DNA from: an uncultured bacterium
GTDB taxonomy: Bacteria > Babelota > Babeliae > Babelales > RVW-14
Length of the DNA: 49,348 nucleotides
NCBI GenBank assembly: GCA_963759805.1
Contig: CAVXAT010000018.1
Coordinates: forward strand, 1 to 49,348
Reading direction: 5' to 3'
Under the pieces are notes generated by a model. The model did no database searches. It worked only from the letters and a program-made list of their open reading frames with translations, and was not told the origin of the DNA. Of this stretch, positions 19,396-29,168 are shown in pieces; within the stretch, counting starts at the first letter, position 1; the number at the start of each line of letters is the position of its first letter. A program made the translations under genes and the position numbers.

Positions 19396-19437
19396 ATGAA
19401 AAAATAAGGCCAGCTTCCGCTGGCCTTATTTTTTCAT
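19396..19437. terminator. Bidirectional rho-independent terminator
   Basis: Perfect 19-bp inverted repeat ATGAAAAAATAAGGCCAGC-TTCC-GCTGGCCTTATTTTTTCAT between convergent genes. Confidence 0.88.
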
Positions 19438-19465
19438 GCTCGTTATTTTCACGAAAACCTTTTTT

Positions 19466-20098
19466 TCATGCTAGCTGCATCAATTTTATAACCTGTTCAT
19501 CATTAACTTGAGGAAAATCCTGATAAAAAACACTGATAGCTCCAAAATTTACCGGTGCATCAAGGTATACAAGTTCATCTGAAAATTTCTGTAGTACTTT
19601 GATCTGATCCTGCGGAATTACAGGAACTGCGATAATAACATGCTTAGCGCCAAGACCTCGCGCACTTAACAGCGTTGCTTGCATTGTCATTCCTGTGGCA
19701 ATTCCGTCGTCTACCAAAATAACAGTTTTGTTTTTTAAATTTAACTCAGGGCGACCTGGCCTATAAACTCGCATTCTTCTCAAGATTTCTTTTTTTTCGG
19801 CCTCAATAATACTCTCCAGATCTTTACGCTCAAGTTCGAAACTCTGGATTACCCTTTGATCAAAAACCTCTTTTCCATCTGCTGTAATGGCACCTACGGC
19901 AAACTCCGGTTGACCCGGCATTCCAATTTTTCTTGAAATTATAATATCGAGAGGTAATCTCAATTTTTTTGCAATCTCAAATGCAACAACCACCCCACCC
20001 CGTGGTAACCCGATAACAATTGTATCCTTTTGATTTGCATGGTCGAGTAGTTTTTCAGCTAATTTTCTGCCAGCATCTGCACGATCTTTGAAAATCAT
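19466..20098 (-). CDS. Phosphoribosyltransferase-family protein
   Basis: FKDRADAG..LA, LPRGGV, RKIG.P, LVDDGIATG, FYQDFPQV; start MIFKDR. Confidence 0.88.
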   Translation of the reverse strand: MIFKDRADAGRKLAEKLLDHANQKDTIVIGLPRGGVVVAFEIAKKLRLPLDIIISRKIGMPGQPEFAVGAITADGKEVFDQRVIQSFELERKDLESIIEAEKKEILRRMRVYRPGRPELNLKNKTVILVDDGIATGMTMQATLLSARGLGAKHVIIAVPVIPQDQIKVLQKFSDELVYLDAPVNFGAISVFYQDFPQVNDEQVIKLMQLA

Positions 20099-20344
20099 AT
20101 CAAAACCCTCTCTTTCTCCCCAAGATAAACTTGGCAACAAACTATATATTAAAAATTAATTTTTCTCGATAAGTATTATCCAATTCTTTTAACTTTGCAA
20201 TTCTCTTTTTTGTAAATGGATGGACTGAAAATCCACTCTTCACGAAAACCATAAAAATAATATATTGACTTCATGCCATTTATTAATTTATTTTTTATCT
20301 TAAAATAATCAAACATAAAAAAATTATTTAAAAAGGAATATATC

Positions 20345-20971
20345 ATGATAAATTCAAATTTGGCAAGTTTGAAAAATTTATTAATAACAAAATTAAGAGA
20401 TAAAAACACATCGCGCGCTGAATTCAGATACACGGCAATGCAGTTAGCCGGATTGCTTGCCCTGCAGGCTGAGTCAATAATTGAGACCAAAAAAATTAAT
20501 ATTCAAACACCTATTACAAAAACAACTGGATTAAAAATCGAAAAAAATATTATTCTAATTCCAATCCTTCGATCAGGACTGGCCTTAGTTCCAGCTTTCA
20601 TTGAGCAATTTCCCAACAGTGCAGTGGGGGTAGTTGGAATGAAAAGAGACGAAAAAACTGCTATCCCACATCTTTATTACAAAAATATCCCCAAAATTTC
20701 ACCCGAGGATCAGGTTATTATTTTAGATCCAATGATTGCAACCGGTGGCAGTGGCACCGACACCATTAAAATAATCACGGACATGGGTGTTGATCAGAAG
20801 CAGATTATTTTTGTTGGAGTAATCGCAGCGCCGGAGGGAATTAAAGTCATGAAAGAAGCATATCCCCATATCAAAATTATTGTAGCTATAACAGATGAAG
20901 GCCTGACATATAACAAATTTATAACGCCAGGCCTTGGTGATTTTGGTGACCGTTTCTTTGGGACTGAGTAA
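20345..20971 (+). CDS. upp: Uracil phosphoribosyltransferase
   Basis: PILRSG, DPMIATGGS, PGLGDFGDRFFGT. Confidence 0.95.
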   Translation: MINSNLASLKNLLITKLRDKNTSRAEFRYTAMQLAGLLALQAESIIETKKINIQTPITKTTGLKIEKNIILIPILRSGLALVPAFIEQFPNSAVGVVGMKRDEKTAIPHLYYKNIPKISPEDQVIILDPMIATGGSGTDTIKIITDMGVDQKQIIFVGVIAAPEGIKVMKEAYPHIKIIVAITDEGLTYNKFITPGLGDFGDRFFGTE

Positions 20972-20973
20972 AC

Positions 20974-23118
20974 TTACTCAATTCCAATATCATTTAAAAA
21001 TGCATTTTGATTTGGCTTACGGCCAAGAAAATCTTGTAGTAATTGTTCAGGGTCAACACTTCCCCCCTTGCAAAGAACTTTGGCAACAAGTTCTTTTCCT
21101 ACAGCCACGTCAAAAAGACCTCGTTTTTTAATCTCATAAAACAGATCCAAAGCAAAGACCTTGGACCACATGTAGCTGTAGTACTTTGCCCCATAGCCAA
21201 CCAAATGTCCGAATGATGCATGGTGATGAGTCTGTTCATCAAACTCAAGATGCGATTGGTGTTTTTCAAATAAATTCTTGACTATTCCGTCGAGATCTTT
21301 CACTTTTCCATCTTTGAAAAATTCAAGAGAGATAAAAGAGAGCCAACATTGACGTAAAACAAAATGCCCTGATCCCAAGACCAAATACCCTGCTCCCAAT
21401 CTTTTCAATCCAATTAATTTATCAATCAATTCATCAGGCAATGGCTCTCCTGTTTGATAATGACTGCTTAATTTTTTTAAAACGGATTTGTCAGACATCC
21501 ATTCTTCAAACATCTGAGATGGCACCTCAACAAAATCTGTTTTTACAGCTGTACCTGCAAAACCTGCCATCTGCGTAGTGCCAAGCACATCGTGCATTGC
21601 ATGTCCAAATTCATGGAAAAATGTTCTTACATCATCAAAGTTAAGTAGTGCCGGACGATTCTTTTGGGGTTTGGGAAAATTTGCAATAATTGCAAGTACG
21701 GCCGGAGCAAATTTTCCATCACTCTTAAGTTGCGTCGGAATTATTGGCATACAACATGGATGACCGTGCTTATTCTCACGTGGGTATAGATCAACAAACA
21801 GATATCCACGTAAAATATTCGTTTGTGGATCCAGAATCTTTATTAATAAAACATCCTCATGCCAAGCCCATTCAGGCTTGCAAATCTCAAATTTAAGCCC
21901 TAAAAAATTTTGATAAATTTCAAAAATTGCGTTTAATGTTTTATCCACAGGAAAATACTGCGCAATTTCACGTTCATCAATATTAAAATGTTTTTTCTTA
22001 TAACAAGATTTTATATAACCAAGATTCCAGTGCGCAAGCTTTCCATTCGAGTCAAGCTTAACGCCATCCGGTAAATCTTTTAAAAATTCTTCTAGCTCGA
22101 CAACCGCCTTTTTCTTTGATCTAACCGCAAGATTATTCAAAAACTCTTCCGCCGTTTCAAGTTTTTTAACCATCCCTGAATCAAGGTCAAGCTCGGCATA
22201 ATTTTTAAAACCAACTTTTCTGGCAAGTTTATCACGATATCTAATTATCCCATTCAAACAATCAACATTTATAGGCCAAGCACGATTATCGAATTTACGG
22301 TCCAGATCCCTTCTTATCTCTTCGCACTCACAGTGCTGCATAACCTCAAAATATGTTGGATAATCACACCCAACTACAACTTTTCCATTCTCTCTTGGGA
22401 GTGAATCAATAAAATCTTTATTTAATCCCTTAAGTTTTGACTCGTCAACTACAATAGAGCTTTTATCTTTTGCAAGATTTGATTCGAAATCTAATCCAAA
22501 TTTTGTAATCTCTTTCTCGAAAGTCTTAACTTTCTCAAGTTCATCATCAGGCAAAGCAAGGCCTTGATGTTTAAAATCTTTTAACGTCTCTTTTACAAAA
22601 AACTGTTGCTCTGGATTTAATTTTTCTTTTGTAAGATTACCACAAACATAATCATTAAACACCTGATAAACCTTTTTGTTACAGGCAACATTCTCAACAT
22701 AAAAATGGGTAAGCTCAATCGATGATTCGTGACAAGCCTCTCGAATACTCTTTTCAGGACTTACCATCTCCAAAAATGCAAGTATACTTCTTACAATTGA
22801 AAACTTTCTATTCGCATCATCCAGCGCCTGAGCTGTATTCTGAAAATTACGGTCTCCAGATTTAATACTGATTATATAATCAATATCAGATTTTAATAAA
22901 TCCATTGCGTATCTTGAACACGTTTTAACTTCATCAGATTTTTTGGGAAATATTTTTTTAACGTTATCAAACGAATCGAAATCGTTCTCGATTAATTTTT
23001 TGAATTCAGTAAAATTCATCGCGCACCTACATCTTGTAACAAAATAAACACAACAAAAAACACCTACTACCAACCCTATAATCAAAAATCTTATATTAAA
23101 CTTCATTATAGTCCCCAC
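20974..23118 (-). CDS. M3-family (thimet-like) Zn oligopeptidase with N-terminal anchor
   Basis: FHEFGHAMH, DFVEVPSQMFEEW, FGHLVGYGAKYYSYMWS; start may be ATG 23106. Confidence 0.93.
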   Translation of the reverse strand: MGTIMKFNIRFLIIGLVVGVFCCVYFVTRCRCAMNFTEFKKLIENDFDSFDNVKKIFPKKSDEVKTCSRYAMDLLKSDIDYIISIKSGDRNFQNTAQALDDANRKFSIVRSILAFLEMVSPEKSIREACHESSIELTHFYVENVACNKKVYQVFNDYVCGNLTKEKLNPEQQFFVKETLKDFKHQGLALPDDELEKVKTFEKEITKFGLDFESNLAKDKSSIVVDESKLKGLNKDFIDSLPRENGKVVVGCDYPTYFEVMQHCECEEIRRDLDRKFDNRAWPINVDCLNGIIRYRDKLARKVGFKNYAELDLDSGMVKKLETAEEFLNNLAVRSKKKAVVELEEFLKDLPDGVKLDSNGKLAHWNLGYIKSCYKKKHFNIDEREIAQYFPVDKTLNAIFEIYQNFLGLKFEICKPEWAWHEDVLLIKILDPQTNILRGYLFVDLYPRENKHGHPCCMPIIPTQLKSDGKFAPAVLAIIANFPKPQKNRPALLNFDDVRTFFHEFGHAMHDVLGTTQMAGFAGTAVKTDFVEVPSQMFEEWMSDKSVLKKLSSHYQTGEPLPDELIDKLIGLKRLGAGYLVLGSGHFVLRQCWLSFISLEFFKDGKVKDLDGIVKNLFEKHQSHLEFDEQTHHHASFGHLVGYGAKYYSYMWSKVFALDLFYEIKKRGLFDVAVGKELVAKVLCKGGSVDPEQLLQDFLGRKPNQNAFLNDIGIE

Positions 23119-23195
23119 GAAACAACTTTTGCTATTTTTAGCTTTTCTTATCTTTAAGCATACAAGATTTTGTAATCACATACAAAGTTCAAAAT

Positions 23196-23228
23196 AAAAA
23201 TCCCCACTTACTTTTGTGTAAATGGGGA
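23196..23228 (-). terminator. Rho-independent terminator
   Basis: TCCCCA/TGGGGA stem with a T-run on the minus strand. Confidence 0.6.
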
Positions 23229-23266
23229 CTAAATATAAAAAATTATATTTTACTTTAACTTATAGC

Positions 23267-24382
23267 TTATTGTATTGAACAGGCAGCCGTTGTTTCTTTT
23301 GCTTTTCTGATTGCATTTTGACCTACCTGCGCAAGCTGTCCTGCTCCACGTGCAACCAATCTTGCAGCCTCTGGACCTACAGCAATAATTGCTCCAGGAA
23401 TCAAAGTTGCAGTAGCATACCCAATTGGAGAAAGTTGGTCGCCAGCCAGCTCAAGTACAAATACCAACCCAGCTAACCCAGATAATCCTGCTCTGCTATA
23501 TGCGCCTAGATGGTCACGTACATGCTGTCCAGCAGCTCTACCCAAACGGCAAGCACCAATTTCAAGCTCACGAGCCTTGACCTCTGCTTCTTTCCATATC
23601 GCTGAGTAAAGAGCTCTTATTTGAACTAATTTATCCATAATTGTTTTCTGTTGTCCACGTTGCTCTATATCCACAACTAATGCATTTAGAGTTTCAACAA
23701 AATCTACATCAGTAATAGGTGCTGCTGCTGCTTGATTACACACATCACCCTCATACCATTTATCAGCTAATCTAGTGAAGGTGCGAAATGCTCCTGGTTG
23801 ATTATTAACAGCCACGTAAACAGTCAACAGTCCTTTTCCTTTCGTTGGATTCCAGCCTATCTGCTTTCCTAGATCAAAGACTGCATCATTGTATGAATGA
23901 ACTTTACTCTGCTTAGCAATTTTTGATGCAATTTCTACCATTTCCACCCCTTTCACCCCGATTGGAGCAAATTGCGGAGCAGGTGCTGCCACAGTTTGGC
24001 CTGATTTATTAGACTGTGTTTGATCTTCCACCTCGGTTATACTCAATTGTGGAACCGCATGCCTTTCCTCTATAATTTCCCCAACTATATTATCCAAAGT
24101 ACTTTCAGATAAACCTGAAGAAGATGATTGAGTCATTGGTTGTGAGATCATAAACGCAGAGCAAAATAGACGTCCATTTTGGTCTTCAGGTAAAACTGAA
24201 GAAGATAATGGAGTAATTCCTAAGGAAGATGATTTAGTCATTAAGGTCTGTGGGACTTCCACGGCGCGCTGTTGTGTTGCTAGTGAAGCATTTACTGCTG
24301 ATGCTTCAGAATTCTGTTCCATAGAATAAAGACCTGAACCAACCAATAATGCAGATGCTAAAACGATAAACATTCTTTTCAT
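23267..24382 (-). CDS. Hypothetical secreted protein with C-terminal hydrophobic helices
   Basis: AGGAGG RBS, signal peptide, Ser-rich N-terminal half, two hydrophobic segments near the C-terminus. Confidence 0.8.
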   Translation of the reverse strand: MKRMFIVLASALLVGSGLYSMEQNSEASAVNASLATQQRAVEVPQTLMTKSSSLGITPLSSSVLPEDQNGRLFCSAFMISQPMTQSSSSGLSESTLDNIVGEIIEERHAVPQLSITEVEDQTQSNKSGQTVAAPAPQFAPIGVKGVEMVEIASKIAKQSKVHSYNDAVFDLGKQIGWNPTKGKGLLTVYVAVNNQPGAFRTFTRLADKWYEGDVCNQAAAAPITDVDFVETLNALVVDIEQRGQQKTIMDKLVQIRALYSAIWKEAEVKARELEIGACRLGRAAGQHVRDHLGAYSRAGLSGLAGLVFVLELAGDQLSPIGYATATLIPGAIIAVGPEAARLVARGAGQLAQVGQNAIRKAKETTAACSIQ

Positions 24383-24640
24383 AATATAACCTCCTAAAAA
24401 ATATAACCTACCATTGATATGTACTTACTTATAACCTACCATTTCCCTCTGTCAAAACTTTTAACATTTCTTTGATCAGGATCGAAAGCCTTGCTTCAGA
24501 CTCTCTCATTTTAAACTTATAACTTATTATATACCTGTAAATTTAAAATGTGAAACGCCTTGTAGATCGAGTAATCCGTAAAAATAGCTTTATTTAAAAA
24601 CTTAGATCAAAATGGGTCCATTCGGATAGCCCTGATCTAT

Positions 24641-25276
24641 TCACTGATTCAGGCTCACTTTGACGTCCTGATCATCAGATTGGACATTTTCACCCCCAAA
24701 AAATTTTTTTTGAATATAACTTGATAGATACTCTTTAGGCTGAAATCCTGCAAGAAAAGGCATCAAAAGTTGTCCGTCTTTATAAAACAAAAAAAGTGGT
24801 AAATCAACCTTTTTTAACCTATAAAACATCGAAATTTGCAAAAAAATGTCCATATTTTGTGAAACGTCTAATCCTGCAAATATAACCTGATTTTTAAATT
24901 CATCTGCAATGGCCTGAAAAACCGGCGTCACCTTACCCGTATCTTGACTCATTGGCGAATAAAGCTTTAAAACAACCGGTTTTGAGTATGAATTTTTGAC
25001 AACCAATTTGGTAAACTGGACCATTCCCTGAATATTAAAAACCAGACTTTCAGCTGCGCTAGCAGAAAGATTTTGGGTTACATCATTCTGTTGATTCTGT
25101 TGCGGTTCAATTTGTTCACTAGGTTGACGCGGCTCATATCTTACCTGTTGCCTGTCCTGTCCAATAGCATTAGACCGCACAATTTTTGTAAATAAACCGC
25201 CCTGGTCCGGCTCAACATGACAAAGCAAGCAGGAAAACATCAAAAAAAATAAAAAAATAAAACTCAAAACCTTCAT
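24641..25276 (-). CDS. Secreted thioredoxin-fold protein lacking CxxC
   Basis: KPVVLKLYSPMSQDT..V.PVF..IA.EF, LPLFLFYKDG; signal peptide; GGGGGAG RBS. Confidence 0.75.
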   Translation of the reverse strand: MKVLSFIFLFFLMFSCLLCHVEPDQGGLFTKIVRSNAIGQDRQQVRYEPRQPSEQIEPQQNQQNDVTQNLSASAAESLVFNIQGMVQFTKLVVKNSYSKPVVLKLYSPMSQDTGKVTPVFQAIADEFKNQVIFAGLDVSQNMDIFLQISMFYRLKKVDLPLFLFYKDGQLLMPFLAGFQPKEYLSSYIQKKFFGGENVQSDDQDVKVSLNQ

Positions 25277-25448
25277 AACTCCCCCCTGTAAATTTATCAT
25301 CCTACCCCACGACTAAACCGCACAGTACTTAGATCCTGTCCCCACTAAGATCTTGCACCACAACTGTCCCATATCTATGATAAAAAATTACAGCCTGAAA
25401 TTACAATGGATAAGTTTTTAAATTCGAAGTGAGTTGGGTTATCCTCTA

Positions 25449-25493
25449 CTTCGCAATTCATTGCTTCGCAATTTATTGCTTCGTCATTCACTA
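25449..25493 (+). repeat. Intergenic 15-bp tandem repeat x3
   Basis: CTTCGCAATTCATTG / CTTCGCAATTTATTG / CTTCGTCATTCACTA. Confidence 0.75.
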
Positions 25494-25497
25494 ACAC

Positions 25498-26223
25498 TTA
25501 ATTTAACTTAACACCTAATTTGTCTGACAGCATAGTCGCCCCCTCATGGGCGGGGTCCAAAAACAGCACAGTCTCCATCTCCTTTTTGGCCAAAGCCTTG
25601 TTCTGCAATTTAAATGCCGACAAGGCCAAAAAATAGTGTGCATCAATATACTCCGGAGCCAGAGCAACAGTTCGAGAAAACTCATTGACCGCCAGCTCAT
25701 ACTCATGCCTATCAAAGAAAATTTTACCTCTATTAAATACGGCAGCTTGAGGGGTAAAATAATGGCTGTCACGAGACAGATTATCTAATATATTCAATGC
25801 CTTATCAACATCCCCCATCTGAGCAAGCAGACAAGCGTAGTTATTAAGGATACTCGCACGCACTTTGGCCGCAACATCTTCAAGAGCTAAGGCAGACTCA
25901 AAGCACGCAGAACTTTGCTTGAAATCTCCCAACCTGAAAAGAATTGTCGCCTTTACGGCAAAAAACTCAGCCTTTGCTTTATAATTTATTGCCTCTTGAA
26001 TATAAGATAGCGCCTTTCTATACGTGGTCTGAGGACTATCATTTTTATCTGAATTTTGCGAAATCTCTAACATGCAAAGATTATAGTAAGTTTGTGCCAA
26101 TTTCTGATTTTTATCCTCCAATTTTTTGCCACAGCCACAAAAACCACACACAAAAAAAAGTGTTACTGCAACAGTTCCAAAAACGGAGGCAAATGTACAC
26201 CCAAGCATACGAATTTTTCCCAT
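25498..26223 (-). CDS. TPR lipoprotein, PilF/PilW-like
   Basis: AAGGAG RBS before ATG 26223; lipobox-like FCGC; TPR helices; NNYA..L...Y.TP..A.FN.G pattern. Confidence 0.75.
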   Translation of the reverse strand: MGKIRMLGCTFASVFGTVAVTLFFVCGFCGCGKKLEDKNQKLAQTYYNLCMLEISQNSDKNDSPQTTYRKALSYIQEAINYKAKAEFFAVKATILFRLGDFKQSSACFESALALEDVAAKVRASILNNYACLLAQMGDVDKALNILDNLSRDSHYFTPQAAVFNRGKIFFDRHEYELAVNEFSRTVALAPEYIDAHYFLALSAFKLQNKALAKKEMETVLFLDPAHEGATMLSDKLGVKLN

Positions 26224-26372
26224 GATTTTCTCCTTATTCACAAGAATCTCTCATTGAATTTTATAAAATTTTACCCTTTTGCCAACTACTGGTATAATCA
26301 ACGATGCTCCAGTTTTATGATAACAATTTTGATTATTTACTTTGCAAGAAAATTTAAATTTAAGGAATATGT

Positions 26373-27800
26373 GTGCAATTAGTCTGGGATGAATTTTTAA
26401 AACTCATCAAGCAAGATGCCGGAAGCCAAATTGTTGAAACATGGTTCAAGGCTGTTAGCATGCAAGACTGGAACTCTGCAACCGGTGCTGTTACACTCAA
26501 GACCCCCAATCAGTTTGTTAGCAAATGGATTCAAGAACATTACATAGAACTTTTAAAAAAACATTTTTCCAGGCTTTTACACGTAAACGAAATCAAAATA
26601 ATCTTTATTTGCAGCGGACAAGAACCACACCAAATTCGTAATATTATCCCTGCATCAACAATTCAGATAACCTCAAATCAGGTTCACATAAGTAATCCTC
26701 CGACGATAATTAAAGAGTCAATGCATCAATCAAAAGCTCTTGTAAAAATTCATAAAAAAGATCCGTTCAATCAAAATAGAAATAATCTGAACGAAAATTA
26801 CATTTTCGAAAATTTTATTGTTGGACCAAGTAACTCCCTTGCAAATGCAGCTGCAATTGCCGTAGTTGAAAATTTGGGCAAGGTTTACAACCCCCTTTTT
26901 ATATACGGTGGAACAGGTCTTGGAAAAACGCATCTGATGCATGCTATTGGAAATACTGCAAAGAAAAAGTACCCAAATATGACTGTATGTTACGAATCTA
27001 CGGATAGATTTATTACAGAATTTATTAACTGCATACGCTTCGATAAGGCTGACCAATTTAGAAGTAAATACCAAAAGCTCGATCTGTTGCTGCTTGACGA
27101 CGTTCAATTTTTATCCAACAAAGAACAAACGCAAGAGATATTTTTCCATATTTTTAACAATCTTTATGAAGAGCACAAACAGATAATCATGTCTAGCGAC
27201 ACGTTTCCCAAAGAGATTTCAGGCTTGCAAAGTCGGTTAAAATCACGTTTGGAATGGGGGCTTGTAGCAGATATTCAAATTCCTGATCTTGAGACCAAAA
27301 TTGCAATTTTAAACAAAAAAGCGGAGCAGAATAAAATGAATTTGCCAAACGATGTTGCAAATTTTATAGCATCACGAGTTATCTCCAATATCCGCGAGTT
27401 GGAAGGAGCACTGGTGCGTGTAAGCGCATTTGCAGCACTTATTAACACGCCAATATCCATTGAGCTTGCCAAGAAAGTTCTTCTAAATTTAAGCAACCCC
27501 AAAACCGAAAATACCTCGCTTGAAACCGTTTTAAAAATAGCAGCAAAAAATTTTGATGTTTCTGTGTTAGATATCAAGGCAAAAAAGCGACACAAAGAGG
27601 TTGCCCAGGTCAGACAAATTGTTTTTTACTTAATGAAAAAACTTACGAACTGTTCGTTACAAGTAATTGGCTCATTTGTGGGAGGACGGGATCATTCAAC
27701 GGTTATACATGCCATAGTCAAAGTTGAAACAATGTTATCAGATGATCTGGATATGGCAAAAAAAATAAAAATGATCGAACAAGAAATAATGATGAATTAA
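26373..27800 (+). CDS. dnaA: Chromosomal replication initiator DnaA
   Basis: YNPLFIYGGTGLGKTHL, LLLDDVQF, RLKSRLEWGL, NIRELEGAL, GGRDHSTVIHA. Confidence 0.98.
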   Translation: MQLVWDEFLKLIKQDAGSQIVETWFKAVSMQDWNSATGAVTLKTPNQFVSKWIQEHYIELLKKHFSRLLHVNEIKIIFICSGQEPHQIRNIIPASTIQITSNQVHISNPPTIIKESMHQSKALVKIHKKDPFNQNRNNLNENYIFENFIVGPSNSLANAAAIAVVENLGKVYNPLFIYGGTGLGKTHLMHAIGNTAKKKYPNMTVCYESTDRFITEFINCIRFDKADQFRSKYQKLDLLLLDDVQFLSNKEQTQEIFFHIFNNLYEEHKQIIMSSDTFPKEISGLQSRLKSRLEWGLVADIQIPDLETKIAILNKKAEQNKMNLPNDVANFIASRVISNIRELEGALVRVSAFAALINTPISIELAKKVLLNLSNPKTENTSLETVLKIAAKNFDVSVLDIKAKKRHKEVAQVRQIVFYLMKKLTNCSLQVIGSFVGGRDHSTVIHAIVKVETMLSDDLDMAKKIKMIEQEIMMN

Positions 27801-27898
27801 GGCTGGTTAGCCCGTTTTTAGAAAACTACTGTAGTTTCAATGCATTTAATGCTAAATTTCTTTTAACGGTTTTTAGTTTACCAAATTTTAGGAGACCC

Positions 27899-29167
27899 AT
27901 GAAATTTAAAACTATTTTTTTATCAACAGCCCTGCTAATTTGCACAGCACAAGCGCTTGCCCAAATGACGGATCCTGTAATGCCGACAGGCGCCACACAG
28001 GAGATAACAACGGTTACAGCCTCGGATGCCATTATGCCCAATGCAGTGCCAGATTCAATACCATCTGCAAGCCAAGAGCCTGTGATGCCTCCTGTTTCAA
28101 ACGTAATCCCGGAACAAAAGGAGCCCGTCGCACCGGCAAGTACCTCAATTCAACAAGAGGCTCAGCCGCAAGCAAAAGATAAACAAACAGTAGATAAGCT
28201 TGAAACTCCATCAACCAAAATCGACACAGAGCAGCCTAAGTCAAAACAAATTCAAAAACCCCAACAGGGGACTTTAACCAGTTCTGAACTTGACTTTGAA
28301 GTTGAAAATCAGACGGGTAAAACAATTTACATAACATGTTTTTCTTATATAAAAAAACGTCCCTTCAGCCGTTGGCACTGGAATAAATCACCTGTTTATA
28401 AAATTGATGATAATCAAACTGTAGTAGTTGATCTTCCCACAATTTCTGACGAAGAGGACCGGAACAATGCATTTGGATATTTGGGAGTGTTTGACAATGC
28501 ACAAGATGCTGAAAATTCAACTATAGAATTACTTGATGATAATAAAAAAATAGATTTGGATATAATAGCTCAATTACATGGTAAAAAAGTTACAATAGAT
28601 GTCGAAAAATATGGCATAGTTGGTGAATTTTATGATTATGATTTCCAAGATATAAATAAAAAAAAAGAGGCTAAAAAAAAGTCTGATTTAGATTTTTATG
28701 TTGAAAACAAAACCGGAAAGACAATTCTCGTAACCTGTTTTGTTTATGAAAAAAAGGCAAAAGGAAGTTGGTTGGCAAAAAAAACGAAAGAGTCCTGGTC
28801 AGCAGTAGAAGACACTCGTGACGATATGAGTGTATGGAGGTTTGACAAGACCCCAGTAATAAAAATAAAGCCAAATGAAATTAAGCTTATCGATGTCAGT
28901 AACATTACTGAACTTCGAGATAAAATTTACGTTCGTGGATATCTGGCAATATTTGATGAAGATGAACAAGCGTCGGCAGAAAACGCAATTTATGAACTTA
29001 TGCCATCAAAACAAAAATTAGAGATAGGCAAACTAATAGATTTAAAAAATAAAAAAATTGTGGTTTATACCGAACGATACGGAGCAATCGGCAATATTAT
29101 CGATTATGTAGCAAGGCCAGCACAAAAACCGAATATTAAAGGAATTATTAACGGATATTTTAAATAA
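27899..29167 (+). CDS. Hypothetical secreted protein with two tandem homologous domains
   Basis: Signal peptide, P/Q/T-rich linker, repeats LDFEVENQTGKTIYITCFSY and LDFYVENKTGKTILVTCFVY. Confidence 0.82.
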   Translation: MKFKTIFLSTALLICTAQALAQMTDPVMPTGATQEITTVTASDAIMPNAVPDSIPSASQEPVMPPVSNVIPEQKEPVAPASTSIQQEAQPQAKDKQTVDKLETPSTKIDTEQPKSKQIQKPQQGTLTSSELDFEVENQTGKTIYITCFSYIKKRPFSRWHWNKSPVYKIDDNQTVVVDLPTISDEEDRNNAFGYLGVFDNAQDAENSTIELLDDNKKIDLDIIAQLHGKKVTIDVEKYGIVGEFYDYDFQDINKKKEAKKKSDLDFYVENKTGKTILVTCFVYEKKAKGSWLAKKTKESWSAVEDTRDDMSVWRFDKTPVIKIKPNEIKLIDVSNITELRDKIYVRGYLAIFDEDEQASAENAIYELMPSKQKLEIGKLIDLKNKKIVVYTERYGAIGNIIDYVARPAQKPNIKGIINGYFK

Positions 29168-29168
29168 A

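Noticed and set aside
19275..19511. 78-aa ORF from the track
   Set aside because: Off-frame reading of the Cys-rich gene; it lacks an RBS and runs through the terminator into the opposite gene.
21941..21949. Perfect DnaA box TTATCCACA
   Set aside because: Single copy inside the M3 peptidase CDS; not evidence of oriC.
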